Below are positions 9,862 through 18,848 of a stretch of DNA of 27,857 bases, piece by piece. The first letter of the stretch is position 1. The number at the start of each line of letters is the position of its first letter. This stretch comes from a virus (Duplodnaviria; Caudoviricetes): positions 1-27,857 of the IMG/VR virus record IMGVR_UViG_3300035049_000578. One strand, written 5' to 3'. Made by a program: the position numbers and the translations under genes. A model generated the notes under the pieces. That model saw nothing but the letters and a program-made list of their open reading frames with translations. It ran no database searches and was not told the DNA's origin.

Positions 9862-11925
9862 TTACGCGCCGGTGTTCTTGATGATCCGGTGAGACATGGC
9901 ACCCACACCAAAATCAATCCGGCATTTGTACTTGATGCCGTCCGTGTCAAAATCAATCATGTCCTCAAGATACGGGGTCTGCACGCCGTCCAGGAACGCC
10001 ACTTCAATGGCATCGGACGCAGTCTTGTCCGGAAAGAGGAACCATGCATCTTCGTCCAGGCCGTCCTGAACCGCATCAATGACCGGGGTAATCTTGGCCT
10101 TGAACGGGTTAATCACGCCGGAAGACATGTCAGTCTCAGGAAGAGCCGCTGACAGCAGAATGATATCCACATCCGTTTCATACATGGACCCGCACACCAG
10201 ATACTTGGGTGTCAGGTTCAGATTCACGATGTCTCCCGGATCTTTGAGCTGCCGCATGAGCTGCCGCCCCTGGGAAATCGTGGCCTTGGCCGGAGCCCCG
10301 GCGGTGGACATGATATTGCCGTGATCCGCATGGAAAAGCGCCTTGCCGTCCGCCATCTCAGGATTTGAATTCAGCAGGGCATACACATGCTGATTGATGG
10401 TCCGCTTGGCAGCCGCGCCAAACATCCTGGGCACCTTGAGGAACACCCGCATGTCATCATTCACGATCATGTGCCGCGTCATCTTGAACATGTTGCCGAA
10501 AGTCTTGATCATGTAGGACTCGCCGGTTTCGGAAATATGAACATCCTTGTATTCACCGGATTCTCCCAGCAGATCCAGCACCGGCAGGGCGGAAATATCA
10601 ATACCCTGCATGGGTTTGAAATCCACGCCGTCAACGATGCTGCAAAACACATCCCAAGTCACGGCGGCCTCTTCCCACGCCTTGAGCAGGCGCTTATTGG
10701 CCACATTGGACATGATCAGCGGAAAATCACTGGTTGAGGTTGTCGGCACACTCCTGCCGGACAGCCCCAGGGCCATGCCTGCAATCTCCATCTTGTTCAG
10801 GCCCCGTACATTGCCGCCCGCCATGGCCACACACTCCTCGGCCAGGCGCAGCAATGACCGCCCCCGGAAATCCTCATGGCCCGCCGCAGGTTTTTCAACC
10901 CCCATCCCGGACCGCAGGCAGATGCCGTCAATGGCCGCCGCCCGGAATTTGTCACGGGCCTCCACAACCACCTGCGTCCTGCCGGAACCCACTGCCGGGT
11001 TCTTTTCGGCCAGCTTGCTGAAAATCTCATCAGACACCGCATCCATGGTAAGGCTTCTCTGGATCATGTCTTCAGCCACACCGGCATCCAGCCCGGCCAC
11101 ACTGCACCGCCTGCGGATCTCCATGCACCGGTCGGTTTCCGCCCGCACGGCATCGCGCACCAGCTTATCCACAGCGGCCTGGTCCGGTACCGCAGCGGCA
11201 CGGGTTTCCTGTTTTCCTGAGTCCTGTCCACCACCGGAAGGGGCAGGCTGAGCAGTCTCAATCCTTGCGCCCTGGGTATCGGCTTGGGTCTCAGGCGTTT
11301 TTTTCGTCTCTTCTGTTGTGCCCGGCATTGATTTCTCCTTTCTGATCTGGTTATCACTTCTCGCCTTGGCGTATTCATCCGCGCCGATAGGGGTAGCGGA
11401 CAACTCTTTTAACTCCCACCTGGTTACAACCCGGACAGGCCCTTCATACTCATCAGATCCAATGATCTGCTTTTGCCCGTCCGGAACAAAATATGATTCA
11501 AGCACCCGGTACCCGACGGAATAATCCGTCAGGTGCCCTTCATTTGTTTTCTTTGCCGCGATTTGTCCCTCATCCGTGGCCGAATAAATAACTTCTGTTT
11601 CAAGGGCACGATACCCGCCCGCTTCGGCCTGGGTAAAATCCCCGGCACTGCCCAGCACCGAAGCCACACCGTAACGGTTATGACTGTCGAGCAGCGACAC
11701 CCGCCCGGATGCAGGCAGGACAACGCCGTCCATGCGCAGCACCTCATCCACATAATCATAGACGTCATAATCAAACACCCGCACCGGCTTCTCCGTGGTG
11801 GCCACGGCCCGGACAGCGCTTTTCTTTTCATCAAAGCTTGCCGGGGCCATGGCTACCGCACGGGTGCTGATATCAGTCTGGACTCTACCCGCATCATTTG
11901 ATTGTTGCGTGTTTACATCAGGCAT
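9862..11925 (-). CDS. Prohead protease - major capsid protein fusion
   Basis: N-terminal LLDSH, SVGY, WE..E.S..PIGAD (HK97-type protease); C-terminal TSDFP, ANK.L, LFHADHGN, DFG (Mu gpT-like capsid). Confidence 0.93.
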   Translation of the reverse strand: MPDVNTQQSNDAGRVQTDISTRAVAMAPASFDEKKSAVRAVATTEKPVRVFDYDVYDYVDEVLRMDGVVLPASGRVSLLDSHNRYGVASVLGSAGDFTQAEAGGYRALETEVIYSATDEGQIAAKKTNEGHLTDYSVGYRVLESYFVPDGQKQIIGSDEYEGPVRVVTRWELKELSATPIGADEYAKARSDNQIRKEKSMPGTTEETKKTPETQADTQGARIETAQPAPSGGGQDSGKQETRAAAVPDQAAVDKLVRDAVRAETDRCMEIRRRCSVAGLDAGVAEDMIQRSLTMDAVSDEIFSKLAEKNPAVGSGRTQVVVEARDKFRAAAIDGICLRSGMGVEKPAAGHEDFRGRSLLRLAEECVAMAGGNVRGLNKMEIAGMALGLSGRSVPTTSTSDFPLIMSNVANKRLLKAWEEAAVTWDVFCSIVDGVDFKPMQGIDISALPVLDLLGESGEYKDVHISETGESYMIKTFGNMFKMTRHMIVNDDMRVFLKVPRMFGAAAKRTINQHVYALLNSNPEMADGKALFHADHGNIMSTAGAPAKATISQGRQLMRQLKDPGDIVNLNLTPKYLVCGSMYETDVDIILLSAALPETDMSSGVINPFKAKITPVIDAVQDGLDEDAWFLFPDKTASDAIEVAFLDGVQTPYLEDMIDFDTDGIKYKCRIDFGVGAMSHRIIKNTGA

Positions 11926-13450
11926 TGACAGCCTCCTCTATTTTCAATCGTTCAGCCCTTTTCCGGGCCAGATCAATCAACCGGTCCTCTTCCCGAATCA
12001 ACTGGTCCATGGTTTCGTCCCAGTCATCACCACGGTTCCCGGCGATCCGCCGCCGGGTGGTGGTGCAGTTGGCAAGATCCATATTGGCCGCCTTGCTGTC
12101 ATTGGCCGGATCAACCCAGGTCCAACCCGGATTCTGCCATTCCACATCCGTATAGGCATCCGGGTCTTTCTCGTACGCAGGCATTATCATGATTCCGGCC
12201 AGAAAAAGCCCTTCCACAAACCATTCAGCCAGCCGGTCATTCATTTTTTCATTGATAAAGTTCTGCTGACCCTGGTAAGAGAGCCGCTCGTCAAGCTGTG
12301 AGGACCGCTCCGCCGAATATGAGGAATCAGACCTGTCATTGGCAAAGGCCCCGTAACTCATACCGGACCCGGCACTCAGGCTTTTAAGAGACTGCTTGAC
12401 GTAGGGCTCATAGGTTTCGCCGGGCCGTTTGTGGCTGGCAATCTGGATCTCCGTGCCCACGGGCAGCATCTGGATTCTACCTGGCTCAATGTATTCGCCC
12501 ACATCGGTCAGGCCGTTTGTGGTGGTGCCGATGGCAGGCCCGCCGCCCATCATCTCGGGATACTGGCTCTTGATGAACAGACCGAATGCAGCGGCCAGCT
12601 TGGCCCCAATCCGCTCAAAAGACTGGTACTCGGACAGGTCAAACGCCTCCATGATGATCGCCACAAACCAGGAAACACCACGGGTCTGGGAAGCCCGCTC
12701 CTTTTCGTAAACATGGATCACATCCCCAGCATCCAGCACACGGATGTCGTTATAATGGATAAACTGATAATCGCCCGGATGGTTTGGCAGGATATGATAA
12801 GCCACAGGCCGTCCGGTCTGGGCGTCCATCTCAATGCCGCGCCGGGCAATGTTGCCGTTCTTCATGGGGCCGTCCACGAAATCAGCCAGCATGTCACACT
12901 CCAGGACCTCAAGCCGGAACGGAGCCACGCCGGTTTTACGCATGGAGCGATCCCACACCCTGTGAATCAGCACCTCACCGTCGGTCCAGATATGCCGCAG
13001 CACCAGTTTTTGAATACTGGCAATAGAGTCATGGCCTGAAATATCACAATATTTCTTCTTGCCCCACCGCCTGAAATGCTTTTCAAACAATGTGTTCATG
13101 GCGACATCCGGCTTTCCGTCCCGGCCCTTGATACGGAACTGCGGAAAAATACCGTTCCGGATCACATTGTCACAGATTTTCCGGATAGCGCCCTTGATAT
13201 AGGGATTGTTCCGGGCCAGATCCCGGCACCGGGCCGTAATCATTTTAATGCCGCGCTTAATCTCGGCATCGCCGGAAGTGTTTCTTGGCAGCCATTTCTT
13301 GTTCGCGCCCCGGGTGGTACCGGCCACGTAGGACCGGTACTGATGCCGCCCGGAAACATAAGACACGGCAGCCCGGCCAGAGAACAGGCTCAAGAGGCTG
13401 CCGAAAAAGGTGGTGACCGTGTCGTATGAACGCTGCTTGAAATTCATCAC
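11918..13450 (-). CDS. Portal protein, lambda family
   Basis: R.RDL.RNN, DGEV, GIE.D..GRPVAYH, Q.RG.S, W..PGW.WVDP. Confidence 0.96.
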   Translation of the reverse strand: MMNFKQRSYDTVTTFFGSLLSLFSGRAAVSYVSGRHQYRSYVAGTTRGANKKWLPRNTSGDAEIKRGIKMITARCRDLARNNPYIKGAIRKICDNVIRNGIFPQFRIKGRDGKPDVAMNTLFEKHFRRWGKKKYCDISGHDSIASIQKLVLRHIWTDGEVLIHRVWDRSMRKTGVAPFRLEVLECDMLADFVDGPMKNGNIARRGIEMDAQTGRPVAYHILPNHPGDYQFIHYNDIRVLDAGDVIHVYEKERASQTRGVSWFVAIIMEAFDLSEYQSFERIGAKLAAAFGLFIKSQYPEMMGGGPAIGTTTNGLTDVGEYIEPGRIQMLPVGTEIQIASHKRPGETYEPYVKQSLKSLSAGSGMSYGAFANDRSDSSYSAERSSQLDERLSYQGQQNFINEKMNDRLAEWFVEGLFLAGIMIMPAYEKDPDAYTDVEWQNPGWTWVDPANDSKAANMDLANCTTTRRRIAGNRGDDWDETMDQLIREEDRLIDLARKRAERLKIEEAVNA

Positions 13451-13674
13451 CCGCGCACCCCGAACACAGCCGTTGAATGGCTCAGACAGCCATTGCGCTG
13501 GAGCATGGAGATTCTCAATTCAAGTTCGGCAATATGCTTGTTCAGCGTCTCCAGATCCGCCCGCGTGGTGGACCTGCCCCCAGGAGCATCAAACTCCTGT
13601 CCGCCGATCAGCACCGCCCGACGTGCCGCCTTAAATTCTGAAAGCTCTGTTTGAAGTTCTTCGAGAGTTGCCAT
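13447..13674 (-). CDS. gpW-like head completion protein
   Basis: GQE, TRADL..L motif, immediately upstream of portal. Confidence 0.8.
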   Translation of the reverse strand: MATLEELQTELSEFKAARRAVLIGGQEFDAPGGRSTTRADLETLNKHIAELELRISMLQRNGCLSHSTAVFGVRG

Positions 13675-13745
13675 ATTACCCTTCCCGGAAAATTAAATTT
13701 CAGATTGTCAAGTAATATGACGCAATATATTGCGAAAAAAAAGAC

Positions 13746-13787
13746 AGTCGGTACTACTGGTAGTATATACTACCCATAGTACCGACT
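13746..13787. promoter_or_regulatory. 42-bp near-perfect palindrome upstream of the head operon, probable late-activator site
   Basis: AGTCGGTACTA-CT-GGTAGTATATACTACC-CA-TAGTACCGACT; 38 of 42 positions self-complementary. Confidence 0.6.
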
Positions 13788-13811
13788 TTTTAAAGAAGGC
13801 ATGATTATTGC

Positions 13812-14009
13812 TTAATCAATTTCAATTTCAACAGTTTTGCGAACCTCGCCATCCGGCCCGGCATATCTCCGAAACCGGACAAAGGTATCCGGGCCGAACA
13901 CACCGTCAAACCGCTGGCGGTACTTTTTGGCCCCTGGCGCATATCTGCCAAGGCTCTTGACACACTTTGCCCAGGGCCAGAAATTTCTTTTCTTTTTTAA
14001 ATTGTCCAT
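13812..14009 (-). CDS. Small basic hypothetical protein (possible DNA-binding)
   Basis: Open frame from MDNLKKKR, fills the gap after the zinc-finger gene. Confidence 0.55.
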   Translation of the reverse strand: MDNLKKKRNFWPWAKCVKSLGRYAPGAKKYRQRFDGVFGPDTFVRFRRYAGPDGEVRKTVEIEID

Positions 14010-14023
14010 ATATGGATAAGATT

Positions 14024-14254
14024 TTATAAAGATTGAATGCTTTTTATCTGTAACCCCAGCCTGGCAGCCACGCATTCATCCACATTGCTACACCGGTGAT
14101 ACCGGATGCGGAAATTATCTTCCCATGGCCGGGTGGTGGCCACCGGCATTCGGCAGCCGCACACAGGACACAAAGCCCCATCCCTTGGTGAAAAATCAAC
14201 GCTTTGGGCAGCCTGCGCCCTGACAGATTCAATCAACACCACCGCAGCCTCCAT
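14024..14254 (-). CDS. Ogr/Delta-like zinc-finger late transcriptional activator
   Basis: CPVCG...T......RY.RC.N..EC; lies after terminase and before the late promoter region. Confidence 0.7.
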   Translation of the reverse strand: MEAAVVLIESVRAQAAQSVDFSPRDGALCPVCGCRMPVATTRPWEDNFRIRYHRCSNVDECVAARLGLQIKSIQSL

Positions 14255-14257
14255 ACC

Positions 14258-16270
14258 CTACCCCCAATAACTTGACCCGCCGGTAAACGGGTTCACGGTT
14301 TTTTTCTGCTGTTTCTTTTCCCGAACCACAGGCCCATACACAGGCTCAGCCAAAAGGTTTACCCCGCCGCCGGGCATCTCCCAGTCCGCCATGGATGCCG
14401 CTATGGCTTCCGCATCTAAGTAATGATTGTCATGTGTGCCGCAAAGCTCCCAGGTTTCCACACCCTTTTCATTGACCTGTTTGCGCTCCGCCGTCACCTG
14501 CCGGGCATAATCCAGCCCGGTCTCCTGGTGGACGTATGCCCCGCCGGGCTCCTGGTCCTTGGCTTTTCCCATGCGCTGGTGAAACAGGTCTTTAAGCTTG
14601 TCCGTATCCATAAACACCAGTTTCATACCCATCCTCAACGGCTTTCCCGAAGGGGTCTTATTGATCACGCCACCCAGCCGCAACTTAGTCGGCAGCGGAT
14701 GTGATGACCCTTTAATGCCGAACACCCGGCAGAACACAGACGTCATCATCTGGTCCTGCAGCCACAGATATGCCTCCTCAGTGGATGAAATATCTTTCTT
14801 GTACTTTCCGCCGCCGGTATCCAGCCCGGCCCGCCATATCATCATGTCCCTGCCGCCGCCATGCACAGGATACGACGCCCCGAACAAAAGATTTGCCACA
14901 TCCCGGAACGTGGGCAATGTGCCGTAATCAATCAGCCAGCTTGTCCAGTCCCGCGCCCATGCCCGCACCACATAAGGAAACCCGTACTTCTGCATATCAA
15001 TCCCGCAGGTCAGGGCCACCGCCTCCTGGGGCACGGTCTGAGGCGGCAGCTCCGCCTTGCATTTCAACACGTCAGCCTGGTCCGTCTGGATCAACACCTC
15101 GTACTCTTCCCAGGGCAGGGCCTCAAAGGAGTTACGAAAATCCTTTAACTTCTCCTTGCCCTTGAGCCCGTCGATAAACGCCCCGGCACACTCTGACAAC
15201 GATACAAAATAAGAGATCCATGCAGGCAGATGAAAGCCCACCCGCGCAGGCCGGAACCTGTCCAGGAAGGTATCCAGAGCAATCCCGGCCTCCCTGGCAA
15301 TCCATCTGCCGTCCCGCACTGCCATGTTCCGGATGTTGTCATCCCACCGCCCACCACAGTGTTTACACTCGTACCAGGCAAGCTTTTTACTCCGGATCCC
15401 CTTTGAATCCGCATCACCGCCGCCGTCCCACTTGATGTGATCCATGGACATAAGCTGGTCCTGGCTGCAAAATGGGCATCGTGCATGATAATCAAAAATC
15501 ACATCCGTGTTCTCGGTCAATTCCCGCCAGATCAGGCCGGTTGTCACAGACGGCGTGGATGTCTTGAAGTGCTTGGATATGTCCCGGTACGTATTCAGCC
15601 GCTTGTCTATCAGGTCCAGGGCTGATGCCTCCTTGCTGGCAGACCGGAACCCGGGCTTGTCGATCTCATCTGAGTTAGCATACCGGCAGGGCTTGTTCGC
15701 CATTGTGGAAACTGAACTGGCCCAGGCCCCGTAAATGGTCATGTGCTGCAAATTGATTCGGCTGTCGGACAAGTCCTTTTCTTTGCCCGTCAAAAGGGAC
15801 CGCAGGCGCACCGAATTTTTAAACATGGGGATCAGGCGGTCCTTGAAATTGGTTTTTGTGGTGGCCTCATCCGGATAAGTACACAGCCAGTCCCCCGGAG
15901 CCATGTCCACCCTGGACCCGATGTAGTTGTTAATACACTCGGATACGCCTGTCTGGGGAGCCTTGCATGTAATCACCTCCCGCACAAAAGGCCGGGCACC
16001 CGCATCCATGATCCCGACCAGATACGGGGTAACGCTGTTTTTCCAGGTGCCGGGAAGAACCGACTTCACCAGCACCCGGTGCTTTTCGGACCATTCCGAC
16101 GGCTTGATCTGCTTGCGCTTTTTAAGCCGCCGCCGTTCCGCCTTTGTGAAAACCACCCCGACACCCACCCGCCCGCCGGACATGCCGTCAACAACAGACT
16201 GCCACAGGTCAGCCGACATCCACGTCGGACACCCTTTCACTTTCATGGTTTTCGTTTCGGTAAACAGCAA
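14258..16270 (-). CDS. Terminase large subunit, GpA family
   Basis: W....TPYL..IMD, K..Q.G.SE, DEID, STP, CP.C zinc motifs, GID.Q, NHYLD. Confidence 0.96.
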   Translation of the reverse strand: MLFTETKTMKVKGCPTWMSADLWQSVVDGMSGGRVGVGVVFTKAERRRLKKRKQIKPSEWSEKHRVLVKSVLPGTWKNSVTPYLVGIMDAGARPFVREVITCKAPQTGVSECINNYIGSRVDMAPGDWLCTYPDEATTKTNFKDRLIPMFKNSVRLRSLLTGKEKDLSDSRINLQHMTIYGAWASSVSTMANKPCRYANSDEIDKPGFRSASKEASALDLIDKRLNTYRDISKHFKTSTPSVTTGLIWRELTENTDVIFDYHARCPFCSQDQLMSMDHIKWDGGGDADSKGIRSKKLAWYECKHCGGRWDDNIRNMAVRDGRWIAREAGIALDTFLDRFRPARVGFHLPAWISYFVSLSECAGAFIDGLKGKEKLKDFRNSFEALPWEEYEVLIQTDQADVLKCKAELPPQTVPQEAVALTCGIDMQKYGFPYVVRAWARDWTSWLIDYGTLPTFRDVANLLFGASYPVHGGGRDMMIWRAGLDTGGGKYKKDISSTEEAYLWLQDQMMTSVFCRVFGIKGSSHPLPTKLRLGGVINKTPSGKPLRMGMKLVFMDTDKLKDLFHQRMGKAKDQEPGGAYVHQETGLDYARQVTAERKQVNEKGVETWELCGTHDNHYLDAEAIAASMADWEMPGGGVNLLAEPVYGPVVREKKQQKKTVNPFTGGSSYWG

Positions 16271-16282
16271 GACGCACGCTCC

Positions 16283-16558
16283 TTATTGCTGGACCCAAAT
16301 CCGTGACAACGGGAACTTAACCCTGCAAAACACACAACAAAGCGGCCTTCCTTCCGGGCCTTCGGTCTCTTCGTTCGTCTCTCCGCACTCAGGACACACC
16401 CATTGCCAATAACTCACTTTTTTTACAAAAACCTCTTTCTCCTCTTTATCGTGAGGATTTCTGCCTGTGATCGTGTCTGCACCCGTTAACCACTTCACCC
16501 GGCTGGATGAAATCTTGCAGCCGTCGTCAGTTTCTGATTGTAAAGCCTCTCTTAACAT
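16283..16558 (-). CDS. Zinc-ribbon protein containing a 31-aa copy of a helicase segment
   Basis: AGGGGG RBS; W.CPECG..N and C..C; residues 8-38 identical to the helicase. Confidence 0.75.
   Translation of the reverse strand: MLREALQSETDDGCKISSSRVKWLTGADTITGRNPHDKEEKEVFVKKVSYWQWVCPECGETNEETEGPEGRPLCCVFCRVKFPLSRIWVQQ
16445..16538. repeat. 94-bp exact direct repeat, copy 1
   Basis: Identical to 21035-21128 by direct comparison. Confidence 0.97.
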
Positions 16559-16567
16559 ACAGCCCCC

Positions 16568-17098
16568 TTAATCCTCTAAAAACATAACCTGAAACGTCTG
16601 AGTTGTGGCGTACTCACTCAACTCAGCTTCAATTTCAGCCTCAATACACTCCATCAGATCAGCGCCCTTCTCGCTCTTTCCAGCGACCAAAGCCACCCAC
16701 TCCGTAATCTTTGACCGGACACGGTGTTTCAGGCCGGTGCCGAAAATCACGGCACGGGCCGCAAGCTCCAGCTCAAAATCACCTCTGGGAATATACCGGC
16801 CCATGTCCTTATCCAGTTCAAACCTCAACTTTTTTTCCTTGAGTTCCAGCAAGGAAACCTCTTTATCCGCCTTGCGCTGGTGGATATCCGACAGATCATC
16901 AATATTCCCACCCCGCCGCTGCAACGTGGATGCATACGCCCTGACCTCAGCCTCATCCACACTACCATCCGAATTCACCCGCAACAGCCCGGCCTGCTTG
17001 TCCCGGTAAATCTTGGAATCCGAAATCTTGTAACCGGCGGAATCCAGATGCTGAAGCACCTGCCGGGTTGATCCAAACTGTCTTTTCTCGATATCCAT
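16568..17098 (-). CDS. Probable terminase small subunit
   Basis: N-terminal HTH-like region (GYKIS.SKIY), coiled coil ending G.YIPR, upstream of terL. Confidence 0.75.
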   Translation of the reverse strand: MDIEKRQFGSTRQVLQHLDSAGYKISDSKIYRDKQAGLLRVNSDGSVDEAEVRAYASTLQRRGGNIDDLSDIHQRKADKEVSLLELKEKKLRFELDKDMGRYIPRGDFELELAARAVIFGTGLKHRVRSKITEWVALVAGKSEKGADLMECIEAEIEAELSEYATTQTFQVMFLED

Positions 17099-17117
17099 GG
17101 GAGATCCCCGCTAAACA

Positions 17118-17144
17118 GCCGTGGGCAGCCGGGCCGCCCACGGC
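17118..17144 (-). terminator. GC-rich hairpin after the antirepressor gene
   Basis: GCCGTGGGC / GCCCACGGC 9-bp stem; only a weak TGTTT tail on the minus strand. Confidence 0.4.
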
Positions 17145-17150
17145 AAATTG

Positions 17151-17957
17151 TTAATCCTCGACCACTGCGGCAGCCGCCAGCCGGATGCCGATATAGTAAA
17201 TATTACCGCTCTTTTTTCGTTCAAACCCGTCAGACATGATCTGACCAAACCGCTTCAGGGACAGCGCAGCAACGCCGTGTTCCCTTGCCCATTCGCAGAA
17301 GGAATCGTAAAGCACACTGGCCTGCTCCTGGTAATTGCCACCCACATCGCACCGATCAGACACCCATTTGGTAACGGCCTGCTGGGCCAGGGCCTTCGCA
17401 GCCGATGTGGCCGGGCCGAACCCAGGGGTTAACTTTCTTTCATCCAGCTCCTCAAGCAGGTCATCCACCGGCATGCCCGTGAAATAGTTCAGGGCCTTGA
17501 GCGCTGCCTTGCCCTCCAGGTACTTGTCCGCACTCTCCACAAGTTTCGCCATGGGGAAATACATATTCCCGGATCTGCGGACCCCTGCGTCATCCATGAG
17601 GTTTGGAGAGTCTGACCCCGGCATTTGGTAGGTTCCGGTTTTTCGGATGGCGGGCAGGACTTCCTCAAAAATCCAGGCTTCGAATTGTTCTGCTTCAGGT
17701 AAAGTTGATTTTACAATCAGGCGATAAACATCAGGCTCAAGGATTAATTGTGTTTGTGGATGAAGAGTCGCGATTCCCGACTCTTTAGCAGAGATGCCTT
17801 TTTTACAATGAGTTATAATTGCGTCTCTTGTATTCACATACCCTAAAGCACTTGCGACATCTTTAGCCACAAACAAAGAATTCTCATTTTCATCCTTAAC
17901 CACCAGCGCAAGGCTATCCCCAAAACAAAACGGTGTAACTTCCTTATTTGTCTTCAT
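17151..17957 (-). CDS. Bro-N antirepressor with C-terminal D5-type winged-helix domain
   Basis: FVAKDVA..LGY, I.E.DVYRLI.KS.LP.AE.FE.W..EEVLP.IRKTG.Y; C-terminus aligns by eye to the helicase C-terminus. Confidence 0.9.
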   Translation of the reverse strand: MKTNKEVTPFCFGDSLALVVKDENENSLFVAKDVASALGYVNTRDAIITHCKKGISAKESGIATLHPQTQLILEPDVYRLIVKSTLPEAEQFEAWIFEEVLPAIRKTGTYQMPGSDSPNLMDDAGVRRSGNMYFPMAKLVESADKYLEGKAALKALNYFTGMPVDDLLEELDERKLTPGFGPATSAAKALAQQAVTKWVSDRCDVGGNYQEQASVLYDSFCEWAREHGVAALSLKRFGQIMSDGFERKKSGNIYYIGIRLAAAAVVED

Positions 17958-18235
17958 ATTTTTCTCTCCAATGCACTTAAACGTAGATCAATTTTGTTGA
18001 ACTGTTCCTGGGCAATATTCACCAGGTATTCAATTTCATCTGCCGCCGCATCCACGATAGCCCCCAGGGCCATGACCTCTCCGGACCGGAATGTTTTAAA
18101 CGGGTGTTTTTTTGTGTCCTCATTCTCAATGATCGTGGAAACCATCTTGAGCTTGCTCAAGGGATGGCAAACCAGGAACAAGGCGTCATTGTCGTTACGG
18201 ATCTGCTCTTCGGTAAGAAAACTTTTAAGCTGCAT
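17954..18235 (-). CDS. Hypothetical protein of the antirepressor operon
   Basis: GGAGG RBS before MQLKSF; ATGA-type overlap with the Bro-N gene; the longer 301-aa call is rejected. Confidence 0.7.
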   Translation of the reverse strand: MQLKSFLTEEQIRNDNDALFLVCHPLSKLKMVSTIIENEDTKKHPFKTFRSGEVMALGAIVDAAADEIEYLVNIAQEQFNKIDLRLSALERKI

Positions 18236-18296
18236 GGGACACCTCCCCAAAAAACCAAACATAGAAAGAGGCGAAAGAAAAGAATTGAACGGGCAT
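18225..18296 (-). CDS. 23-aa leader peptide MPVQFFSFASFYVWFFGEVSHAA (icd-position ORF)
   Basis: AGGAGG RBS, overlaps the start of the next gene; read by hand. Confidence 0.6.
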   Translation of the reverse strand: MPVQFFSFASFYVWFFGEVSHAA

Positions 18297-18435
18297 AAGC
18301 GTTCCTCCTGTGAAAAAATTTGTTTACAGCCCTTTTCGCTGTCAAACAAAAAGGGCGCACCATGTCGGGTTGACAGAGCGGTCACAGGAGCCGCCGGGCC
18401 GAAGCCCCCCAACATGGCCGCCCAGATAAGGAGGA

Positions 18436-18532
18436 GCCATGCCACGGATACAAAAAATCCGCCATGAAAGGCGGAGCATCCGCCTGTGAACCGGGCTGTC
18501 AATCCCGCTTGCTGGAATTTGCCAGCAATGGA
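18436..18532 (-). ncRNA. C4/CI-like antisense RNA
   Basis: Three hairpins with TTGACAG in a loop and TTCACAGG in a linker; complementary CCTGTGA and CTGTCAA downstream at 18388-18370. Confidence 0.75.
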
Positions 18533-18535
18533 TTC

Positions 18536-18565
18536 ACCATACCAGATTCCGGATTCAACTGTCAA
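18536..18565 (-). promoter_or_regulatory. Sigma70 promoter of the C4-like/antirepressor operon
   Basis: TTGACA-18 bp-TATGGT with TGn extension. Confidence 0.7.
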
Positions 18566-18589
18566 CTTTTTCTTTACAGCTCCTCTTTC

Positions 18590-18839
18590 GATCCTCCCTT
18601 TTTTGTAACCTGCCAGAATAACAAGTGGATTCATTAAGAATGATATGCTGTTAAGCCAAGGGAGGATTGTTGTAACAAATTTCTTATATTTTTTTCTTAA
18701 ATAATTTTTCGTTTTTTCTTGTAATAATCCTCCCATCTTCCATAAGAAAAAAATAACAAATAAAAACAAAGAATTATAAGCAGAAGATAGGCAAAACGTC
18801 TGCCCCTCGATCCTCCCTGAAAAGCTGTTAATCCTCCCT
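18590..18839. repeat. AT-rich origin-like region with five RATCCTCCCW boxes
   Basis: Copies at 18590, 18726, 18809, 18830 and inverted at 18659. Confidence 0.65.
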
Positions 18840-18848
18840 GTCATGGCA

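Noticed and set aside
13746-13787. Protelomerase (telRL) target
   Set aside because: No protelomerase in the window, the palindrome is imperfect, and the position fits a late promoter
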